From Anaerolineae bacterium (lineage in GTDB: Bacteria; Chloroflexota; Anaerolineae; 4572-78): DNA of 25,439 nucleotides. Both the position numbers and the translations under genes were made by a program. The notes beneath the pieces were generated by a model. That model was not told the DNA's origin, made no database searches, and saw only the letters and a program-made list of their open reading frames with translations. Location of the stretch: assembly GCA_027022125.1 (NCBI GenBank), contig JALVZI010000393.1, forward strand, positions 1 to 25,439, read 5' to 3'. This document shows positions 19,127 through 25,439 of this stretch, one piece after another (within the stretch, counting starts at the first letter, position 1; each line of letters begins with the position of its first letter).

Positions 19127-19192
19127 TAAAAATGGGTATGGTTCATTTTGGCTGACAATTATCTTTACAGATGACCGGCTGTTGCCAATGTA

Positions 19193-19255
19193 GAGCAGGA
19201 AGCAAGGAGCAGGAAGCAAGGAGCAGGAAGTAAGAAGTAGGGAGCAGGGAGCAAG
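19193..19255 (+). repeat. Heptamer tandem array (RAGYARG x9)
   Basis: gagcagg aagcaag gagcagg aagcaag gagcagg aagtaag aagtagg gagcagg gagcaag. Confidence 0.8.
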
Positions 19256-19295
19256 GGAGTAACTGTTTAACGCACGCTACTCGTCTCAAACAATC

Positions 19296-19388
19296 GTAGG
19301 GGCGGCTCGCGAGCCGCCCCTACGGACTTTGGCGCGAATTGACCGATTTTTTTCGGTTTCGTAGGGGCACGCTGCAGCGTGCCCCTAT
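19296..19388. repeat. Dyad of two GTAG-type 28-bp palindromes
   Basis: GTAGGGGCGGCTCGCGAGCCGCCCCTAC (perfect palindrome, 19296-19323) and GTAGGGGCACGCTGCAGCGTGCCCCTAT (19361-19388). Confidence 0.85.
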
Positions 19389-19727
19389 ATTTTTCCCTGC
19401 CGATTTCACCCTTCAATACGCACTGCAGGCTACTCAGGATACGTTTTTCCCCTCTCCCCTGAACAGTTACTTTTTGTGAACAATAGTTGCAATACAGATT
19501 ATTCGTTCCTTTCCCAATCTGTTGTAGTGTTTGTACGCAACGCAAAACATCTACCTACTGCGAACACTGCCGGTCGCCCAAACCGGCACGTTTCACGAAA
19601 ATCGTTGGCAAAAGCGTGAAATCTGTAAAGATGATTTTAGGGCAACGAACCGTGCCGACCGTGCCGACGTACATAAACTTGTTGTGCAACTTGACAATTG
19701 TTAGATCCTGTGTTATTTGTTATTTAA

Positions 19728-19966
19728 CTGATGTTACGCAGCAAGCATGTTGACAAACATTTACCGGGTCACGAAAGATTATATATTGGGTCAAACGCAA
19801 AAACGTAGGGGCACGCTGCAGCATGCCCCTACGAAGCCGAGAGAAGCGGTCGGTTTTTCGAAAAATAACGGCAAAATCCGTAGGGGCGGCTCGCGAGCCG
19901 CCCCTACTTTCGCTATTATATTCCGGCTTGCCGGGGGAACTCAAATTCTCAACTGCGTAACATCAG
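19728..19966. mobile_element. MITE-like non-autonomous element, 239 bp
   Basis: Perfect 14-bp terminal inverted repeats CTGATGTTACGCAG (19728-19741) and CTGCGTAACATCAG (19953-19966), flanked directly by the repeat ATTTAA (19722-19727 and 19967-19972); no transposase ORF inside. Confidence 0.72.
19805..19907. repeat. Dyad of two GTAG-type 28-bp palindromes (inverted relative to 19296-19388)
   Basis: GTAGGGGCACGCTGCAGCATGCCCCTAC (19805-19832) and GTAGGGGCGGCTCGCGAGCCGCCCCTAC (19880-19907). Confidence 0.85.
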
Positions 19967-20040
19967 ATTTAATCCCAATTGCCTTGCGTAGCGTTACTTT
20001 AGAAACAACCGAATAATTTTCAATTTGGCTAGGAGGAACT

Positions 20041-20388
20041 GTGAAAAAAGTTTTGTATTTCTCGATTGTGTTGGCTTTAGTTGTGTTAATGTTGCCTGTT
20101 TTAAGTGGTGGCTGGCAAGGGGGAACGTCCATCGGCACCATTAACTCCATTGGAACTATCAACTCCATCGGTACCATTAACTCCATCGGCACGCTGAATT
20201 CCATCGGTACCATTAACTCCATTGGAACTATCAACTCCATCGGTACCATTAACTCCATCGGCACACTGAATTCCATCGGTACCATTAACTCCATCGGCAC
20301 GCTGAATTCCATCGGCACCATTAACTCCATTGGAACTATCAACTCCATCGGTACCATTAACTCCATCGGTAACCATAGTAGCTTTTAA
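20041..20388 (+). CDS. Secreted hexapeptide-repeat microprotein: N-terminal signal/hydrophobic leader + (SIGT[I/L]N)13-SIGNHSSF
   Basis: AGGAGG RBS (20031-20036), GTG start, MKK + hydrophobic stretch, 13 repeats with synonymous codon variation in this frame, intrinsic terminator downstream. Confidence 0.85.
   Translation: MKKVLYFSIVLALVVLMLPVLSGGWQGGTSIGTINSIGTINSIGTINSIGTLNSIGTINSIGTINSIGTINSIGTLNSIGTINSIGTLNSIGTINSIGTINSIGTINSIGNHSSF
20128..20370 (+). repeat. Coding tandem repeat, 13.5 x 18 bp
   Basis: Units TCC ATY GGH ACN (ATY AAC | CTG AAT); unit order a b c d c b c d' c d a b c. Confidence 0.97.
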
Positions 20389-20433
20389 AAAAGCCGTAAT
20401 GTTTAATACTTCGCTTTAAGTGCAATTGGGAAA

Positions 20434-20463
20434 AAAAGAACGAGATAGATGTCTCGTTCTTTT
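20434..20463 (+). terminator. Intrinsic (possibly bidirectional) terminator after the microprotein gene
   Basis: AAAAGAACGAGA-TAGATG-TCTCGTTCTTTT: 12-bp stem including flanking A/T tracts. Confidence 0.75.
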
Positions 20464-20522
20464 CTTGTTGGGTGACGTTGACACTTTTAGTTGTTTGTAA
20501 AAGTGGGGAAGAACCTGAAATT

Positions 20523-21683
20523 ATGAAAATAAAAACTATTGTTGTTCAAATTCTCTTGCTTGCGTTGTGGTTTTTTATCGGGTGGCGTGTGCGAGAACTG
20601 ACGTTGAGTTCGGATATAATCTCGTTGGAGCAATTACGGACAGTTATTGAAAATAATGTTTATTATAAAAACCCTCCACCTTCACCATCAGAACTGACTT
20701 TTGCCGCTTCTCGCGGCATGGTAAATTTGACAGACGACCCGCGTGCGGTGTTTATGGAACCCAATGTTGCCAAGGAATATATGAAAGACAAACAATCATT
20801 ACGAGCCGGTATCGGCTTTAAAATTGCCCACGAAGATGACCGGTGGGTAGTAACATTTGTCAACCCCGGTGAACAAGCAGAAAAAGCCGGACTTAAAGTT
20901 GGCGACATATTACTAAAAATTGACGATACACCGGTAGAAGATTATACGACATATATTGAAATCAGTATGTTAATCAGAGGTGAACCGGGAACGCCGGTAA
21001 CATTAACCGTTTTGCGAAATGGGCAACAAGTCCGCATTGATGCCATCCGTAAAAATCCTGAACAGGTAAGAATTCGTATGATTGGGACTGATATTGCTTA
21101 TTTGCGACAAGACGAATTTTCTATCCCGACCGCAGACTTGATGAAAAATAAATTGCAAAAATTACTTGATAATAATCCAAAAGGTTTGATTTGGGATTTA
21201 CGTTATAATGGCGGCGGTACGAAAATATCGCTGTTAAGAATTATGGGCTTCTTTTTTAAAGACGGTCCCATATTTTACGAAAAAACCAGAGATGGCGAAC
21301 CTCGTCTCAACCTTATTGAACCATCTGATTTCACCACAGATATACCGCTGGTTGTTTTAATTGATAAAAATACATATTCTTCACCGGAGGTTGCCTCTTC
21401 GGCAATTCAATACCGGCATCGTGGGATATTGGTTGGCGGGTCAACATTTGGTAAAGGCACAATAACTCAATTCTTCCTGTTTGCCAATGGCAGTGCGTTG
21501 CAGTTGAGTACTGAACACTGGCTGACACTCTCAAAAGAGTGGCTGGAAGGAAAAGGTGTATCTCCGGATATATATATTCAAGACGACCCTCAAACGCCCG
21601 ACGACGAACAATTGAACTGTGCAATTGCAATTTTGCGAAATCAAAATCAATCAGAAGATAATCTCAATAGCCTATGCCGGTAA
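20523..21683 (+). CDS. S41 family C-terminal processing peptidase with PDZ domain (CtpA/Prc-like)
   Basis: N-terminal hydrophobic anchor, PDZ (GIGF...AEKAGLKVGDILLKID), WDLRYNGGG, TYSSPE (catalytic Ser position), TFGKG (Lys), GVSPDI. ATG 20523 preferred over the ORF start at 20472. Confidence 0.9.
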   Translation: MKIKTIVVQILLLALWFFIGWRVRELTLSSDIISLEQLRTVIENNVYYKNPPPSPSELTFAASRGMVNLTDDPRAVFMEPNVAKEYMKDKQSLRAGIGFKIAHEDDRWVVTFVNPGEQAEKAGLKVGDILLKIDDTPVEDYTTYIEISMLIRGEPGTPVTLTVLRNGQQVRIDAIRKNPEQVRIRMIGTDIAYLRQDEFSIPTADLMKNKLQKLLDNNPKGLIWDLRYNGGGTKISLLRIMGFFFKDGPIFYEKTRDGEPRLNLIEPSDFTTDIPLVVLIDKNTYSSPEVASSAIQYRHRGILVGGSTFGKGTITQFFLFANGSALQLSTEHWLTLSKEWLEGKGVSPDIYIQDDPQTPDDEQLNCAIAILRNQNQSEDNLNSLCR

Positions 21684-21856
21684 ATCCGAATTGGAGAGAA
21701 TTATTGTAACCATGCAGTGTAGGTAACACAGCATTTAATCGTGGTTATCATTTTTAGCCACGAGTTTTCACGAATTTCACTGATTTTTTCTTAAAATTCG
21801 TGTAACTGCTCACTGTGTTGTGTTCGTCTCGAACTAAAGTTCAAGGATCAAAACTC

Positions 21857-21907
21857 AAGCCGACTTAAGTCGGCTTTGGCTTTGAGCGCGGAAATTTATT
21901 TCCGCGC
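21857..21907. repeat. Pair of palindromes (REP-like)
   Basis: AAGCCGACTTAAGTCGGCTT (perfect 20-mer) and GCGCGGAAAT-TT-ATTTCCGCGC. Confidence 0.65.
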
Positions 21908-21968
21908 GTTGACCGGTTACCGGTATCCGGCAAGGGTTTGATTTCCCCCTGCAAGCCAAAATACAGAC

Positions 21969-21996
21969 GCAGGGGCGGCTCACGAGCCGCCCCTAC
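21969..21996. repeat. GTAG-type palindrome, diverged copy
   Basis: GCAGGGGCGGCTCACGAGCCGCCCCTAC; two differences from the 19296 and 19880 copies. Confidence 0.8.
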
Positions 21997-22121
21997 AATG
22001 GTTCAGAATCTGTGTTCATCTGTGTACTATTTTTACCGCATCTGAACACGGTTTCGCGTTGCCAAAATTCTCATCAAAACAGCCGCCGCTGAACGGGCGG
22101 CGTTTTGCTGCCCGCCGCTCT

Positions 22122-24596
22122 TCAACCGAATGCCACCGCCTGCGCGATAGTGTCATCCGCGCCGAATGAAATGATTTGTTTGCCGCGATTGACGCGGTTG
22201 GCTTTGGGGAAATCTGCCACAGCGAGATGATGCCGCAACCCTTTGCCCGACATAATGTTGACCATCCCTTTGGCGGGCGCAACGGTTGCCGCGGCGACTT
22301 TTCCGGTGGCGGGGGTAATTTTCAGCGATTGCACCCCCTGCCCGCCGCGTCCCTGCGTGGGGAACTCTGCCAGCGGGATGCGTTTCGCCCAGCCGTGCTC
22401 GCTGACCAGCACCACCGCGTAATCTTTCTCATCCGGCGGGGCGATGGCGCCGGAAATGATGGCATCCCCTTTGCCCACTTTTATCGCCGCCACACCGGTG
22501 GCGCTGCCGCTCGCCTGCGGATTGACCGTCTCTTCTGCGAATTTTATCGCTTTGCCGTTTCTGGTGAACAGCATCACATTCTGTTTGCCGTTGGTGATGT
22601 CTGCCACCACAACTTGGTCATCACTGCCCAGCCCGCCCATCACGGTGAACCAGTGTCCCTCCCCCGCCGAAATGTCGGCGATGGCGGTGCGTTTCACTTT
22701 GCCATTGGTAGCCGCCAACGTCAGATAACTTTTCGGCGAGACAATCGCCCCTGCCACAATCACTTCCCCTTTTGCCAACCCCATGGCAGTGTTGGTGGTT
22801 TTATCGGGGATGCGGAAAATGGGTCCATACCACGCCCGTCCCCGGTTGGAAACCAGCAGCACTTTGTCGTCCTCTTTCGTTTTCAGATAGAATAACGGCG
22901 CGTCCACCGCCCGTTTCGAGATGCCTTTCGACTGTCTGCCGCTGAAACCTTTGGCGGGCACGCGGTACAGATTGCCACGGGTGGTGGCGGCGATAATCTG
23001 CGCCCCTTTCGGTTTCAGCAAATCTTCTTTCGTCACCAACCCGTCTTTGCCTTCTTCTTCCAGAATGACCGTTTTGCGCGGGGTGGCATAAGCCTCTTTG
23101 ATGTCGCGGGTTTCTTCCACCACCACCGCCAGCCGTTTCGCCTCCGACGCCAGCAGCGATTTGAGATATTTGATGCGGCGCGACAACTCTTTCCGCTCGT
23201 CATCGAGTTTTTTGCGTTCCAGCGCCGCCAGTCGCCGCAGTTGCATATCCAAAATAGCGGTGGCTTGTTCCGTGCTCAACTTGAATCGTTTCATCAGATT
23301 GGCGCGGGCGGTATCGGTGGTGCGAGATTTGCGGATGGTTTCAATCACCGCGTCAATATGGTCGAGCGCTTTCAGCAGCCCCAGCACAATGTGCAGACGG
23401 GCTTCGCGTTTTTTCAATTCGTGTTTGGTGCGCCGCACAATCACATCGAGCCGGTGTTCGATGAACAGCGTCAGCACGCGCGGCAGCGACAGATACTCCG
23501 GTTCACCATCCACCAGCGCCAAATTGATGATGCCGTAAGTGGCTTTCAGACTGGTTTTGCTGAGCAGTTGTTCCAGCACTTTGGGCGCGCGGTATCCGCG
23601 GGTGATGGTCACCACGATGCGCATGCCCTCATAATCCGATTCGTCGCGCAGGTCGCTGATGCCTTTGATTTTATCGTTCCGCACGCCATCGGCGATTTGG
23701 GTGAGCAGGGTGGATTTGTTCAGCCCGTATGGTATTTCGGTGATGATGAGTTTTCGCGCATCCTCCAAATTGCTCACCGGATTGCTGTTGCTGTCTTCGC
23801 CGGAAATAACCCCTTGCATGGTGATTTTTCCCTGCCCGGTGTTGTATGCCTGTTTGATGGTGTCCACAATTTCGCCGCCTTCGGGGCGTTTGCGGTAAAT
23901 GATGCCGCCGGTGGGAAAATCGGGTCCGGGGATATATTTCATCAGATGGTCAACGGTGATTTTTTTGCGGGCGCGCCAATTTTCCGCCATAAAAATGAGC
24001 GCATCGCACACCTCACCCAAATTGTGCGGTGGAATTTTGCACGCCATACCGACCGCAATCCCTTCACTGCCGTTGACCAGCAGGTTGGGGAATTTGGCAG
24101 GCAGATATTTCGGCTCTTTCAAGGTATTGTCGAAATTGTCCTGCCATTCGATGGTATCGGCGTCGATATCCGCCAGCAATTCTTCGGCGGGCGCCGCCAT
24201 CCGCGCTTCGGTATAGCGCATTGCCGCCGCGCCGTCGCCGTCAATCGAGCCGAAATTGCCCTGACCGTCCACCAGCGGCACGCGCATCGAAAAATCTTGC
24301 GCCATGCGCACCATCGCATCATAAATGGCGGCGTCGCCGTGCGGGTGGAATTTCCCCATCGTGTCGCCGACCACCCGCGCCGATTTGCGGTATTTCGCGT
24401 TCGAGCGCAGTCCCATTTGGTGCATGGTGTACAAAATGCGCCGGTGAACGGGTTTCAGCCCGTCGCGCACATCGGGCAGGGCGCGGTCTTTGATGGTTTC
24501 CACCGCGTAATTCAAATACGCCGATTTGAGCATACGGGCAAACTGTACGGTCGATTGCCCGGAAAGAATATCCATTGAAATTTGTTCGGGTGTCAT
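22122..24596 (-). CDS. parC: Type IIA DNA topoisomerase subunit A (GyrA/ParC family; probably topoisomerase IV-like)
   Basis: [30 protein letters not shown] (active Tyr), and a C-terminal beta-pinwheel of about six blades. The blade-1 GyrA-box is degenerate (FSGRQSKG) and there is no acidic tail. The parC versus gyrA call is inferred. Confidence 0.88.
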   Translation of the reverse strand: MTPEQISMDILSGQSTVQFARMLKSAYLNYAVETIKDRALPDVRDGLKPVHRRILYTMHQMGLRSNAKYRKSARVVGDTMGKFHPHGDAAIYDAMVRMAQDFSMRVPLVDGQGNFGSIDGDGAAAMRYTEARMAAPAEELLADIDADTIEWQDNFDNTLKEPKYLPAKFPNLLVNGSEGIAVGMACKIPPHNLGEVCDALIFMAENWRARKKITVDHLMKYIPGPDFPTGGIIYRKRPEGGEIVDTIKQAYNTGQGKITMQGVISGEDSNSNPVSNLEDARKLIITEIPYGLNKSTLLTQIADGVRNDKIKGISDLRDESDYEGMRIVVTITRGYRAPKVLEQLLSKTSLKATYGIINLALVDGEPEYLSLPRVLTLFIEHRLDVIVRRTKHELKKREARLHIVLGLLKALDHIDAVIETIRKSRTTDTARANLMKRFKLSTEQATAILDMQLRRLAALERKKLDDERKELSRRIKYLKSLLASEAKRLAVVVEETRDIKEAYATPRKTVILEEEGKDGLVTKEDLLKPKGAQIIAATTRGNLYRVPAKGFSGRQSKGISKRAVDAPLFYLKTKEDDKVLLVSNRGRAWYGPIFRIPDKTTNTAMGLAKGEVIVAGAIVSPKSYLTLAATNGKVKRTAIADISAGEGHWFTVMGGLGSDDQVVVADITNGKQNVMLFTRNGKAIKFAEETVNPQASGSATGVAAIKVGKGDAIISGAIAPPDEKDYAVVLVSEHGWAKRIPLAEFPTQGRGGQGVQSLKITPATGKVAAATVAPAKGMVNIMSGKGLRHHLAVADFPKANRVNRGKQIISFGADDTIAQAVAFG

Positions 24597-24609
24597 AATA
24601 TCTCTCCAA

Positions 24610-24745
24610 TAGCGAGTGACGAGTGACGAGTAGCGAATGGTAGTCAGCGTTCAGCCATCAGCATTCAGCGAATGAGTGAATTTTTATCACGTATCACGTT
24701 TTCACGTTACATTCACTATTCATTTTTCGCTATTCGCTATTCATT
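24610..24745. repeat. Nested block of several heptamer arrays between the topoisomerase genes
   Basis: tagcgag tgacgag tgacgag tagcgaa; tcagcgt tcagcca tcagcat tcagcga; tatcacg tatcacg; actattc ... gctattc gctattc. Outer arms TAGCGAA and TTCGCTA are inverted. Confidence 0.75.
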
Positions 24746-25391
24746 ACTCCATTTCCCCCATTCGTTCGATGAGCCACGATTTTCGCGGCGGCACCGATGA
24801 CCCCATCAGCAGTTCCAGCGATTGCTGTGCTGCGTGAAAATCTTCGATGGTGACCTGCACCAAATGCCGGTTGAGCGGCACGGGGTGGAAAACGGGTTTG
24901 TCATCGCCGTTTGAATCGCCGTTGGTGTAGGCATTGCGCGCCGCTTCAAACTCGGCGATGGCGGTTTTGGCGGCTTCCAGTTGTTCTTTGTCCACCGCGA
25001 AAACCGTTTCGCGCAGTTGGTCGGGGTTCATCTCGCCCAAACCTTTGTACCGCTGAACCTCCACTTTCCCCGACAACTTTTTCACCAGTTTGTCGCGTTC
25101 GGCATCGCTATAGGCGTAAAATCGTTTTTTCCCGGTGGTTATCTGATAGAGGGGCGCCACCGCCCAGAAGAGTCGCCCGGCGGCGACCATTTTCCGCATA
25201 AATTTGAACCCGAGCGTGAGCAGCAGCGCGCCGATATGCCCGCCGTCCACATCGGCATCCACCATGACGACCACCATGCCGTAGCGCATATCGTCCAAAT
25301 CGAAATCGGTGCCGACCCCGCCGCCGATGGCGCTGATGATGGACGAAATTTCGGTGTTGCCCATCGCTTTGTTCAAATTGGATCGCCACAC
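24744..25391 (-). CDS. parE: Type IIA topoisomerase subunit B (GyrB/ParE family), C-terminal TOPRIM part only; 5' end lost at the fold-back junction
   Basis: DADVDGGHI TOPRIM motif, QRYKGLGEMNPDQL, L.QVTIED. The upstream motif RGKILNV is present but inverted at 25391-25411. Confidence 0.85.
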   Translation of the reverse strand: MWRSNLNKAMGNTEISSIISAIGGGVGTDFDLDDMRYGMVVVMVDADVDGGHIGALLLTLGFKFMRKMVAAGRLFWAVAPLYQITTGKKRFYAYSDAERDKLVKKLSGKVEVQRYKGLGEMNPDQLRETVFAVDKEQLEAAKTAIAEFEAARNAYTNGDSNGDDKPVFHPVPLNRHLVQVTIEDFHAAQQSLELLMGSSVPPRKSWLIERMGEME

Positions 25392-25439
25392 GCGGAAAAA
25401 TTCTGAACGTGTGGCGATCCAATTTGAACAAAGCGATGG
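25361..25439. other. Fold-back (inverted-duplication) junction at the sequence end, probable assembly or library chimera
   Basis: 25361-25392 and 25408-25439 are perfect 32-bp reverse complements; the + strand from 25391 reads RGKILNVWRSNLNKAM, i.e. parE coding sequence in the opposite orientation. Confidence 0.85.

Noticed and set aside
19267-20016. Short ORFs in the protease-microprotein spacer (19267-19545, 19487-19753, 19720-19944, 19747-20016)
   Set aside because: They run through REP palindromes and MITE ends, with no RBS or protein-like features.
20101-20376. Antisense collagen-like ORF (DGVNGT repeats) and the MELMVP-repeat ORF at 19941-20366
   Set aside because: These are shadows of the + strand repeat. 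Unit variation is non-synonymous in these frames (breaking Gly-X-Y), while the + frame has an RBS, leader and terminator.
20041-20388. Classical RiPP/bacteriocin cluster based on the LSGG motif
   Set aside because: The leader is hydrophobic and Sec-like rather than an acidic double-glycine leader; no YcaO, LanM, radical SAM or C39-ABC transporter genes nearby. Kept only as an alternative.
23241-24578. Long antisense ORFs (445 aa here; also 6614-7522, 2173-2778, 9694-10458)
   Set aside because: They lie opposite well-supported genes, lack recognisable motifs, and are expected from GC-rich codon bias.
24744-25391. parE as a truncated pseudogene
   Set aside because: The truncation coincides with the fold-back junction at the sequence end; the remaining frame is intact.
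1-25439. tRNA, rRNA, riboswitch, integrase or transposase genes
   Set aside because: No recognisable sequence or structural signature found by eye; a covariance-model scan (Infernal/Rfam, tRNAscan) would be needed to exclude small RNAs.

Overview
Window from a bacterium of moderately high GC, probably Chloroflexota/Anaerolineae (inferred from a C-terminal YLPLVLK motif on a large secreted protein and a soluble-adenylyl-cyclase-like STAND protein). Left to right: a YgfM-like/XdhD-like molybdo-oxidoreductase pair; a DUF2085-like membrane protein; two orphan antitoxin-type genes (DUF433, DUF2442); a V4R-like Cys protein; a csoR-copZ-copA copper operon with promoter, operator and terminator; an M29 aminopeptidase; a tandem cyclase-STAND-TPR protein; a ~1460-aa secreted mosaic protein with a clan CD (C25/gingipain-like) protease domain; a 115-aa secreted repeat microprotein; an S41 PDZ protease; and a ParE/ParC-like type IIA topoisomerase pair cut by a fold-back artefact at the window end. 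The most interesting signal is a matched pair of hexapeptide arrays. Eight exact GNLSSI repeats sit inside the surface protease, and 13 SIGT(I/L)N repeats make up almost all of the neighbouring microprotein, whose last unit (SIGNHSSF) resembles the protease repeat. Nearly all DNA variation in both arrays is synonymous. This suggests a candidate extracellular repeat/amyloid-like co-assembly system (subunit plus anchored nucleator/protease plus processing protease); the functional model is inference. Intergenic regions are rich in GTAG-type REP palindromes and heptamer arrays, and include a 239-bp MITE-like element with 14-bp terminal inverted repeats and a 6-bp target duplication.
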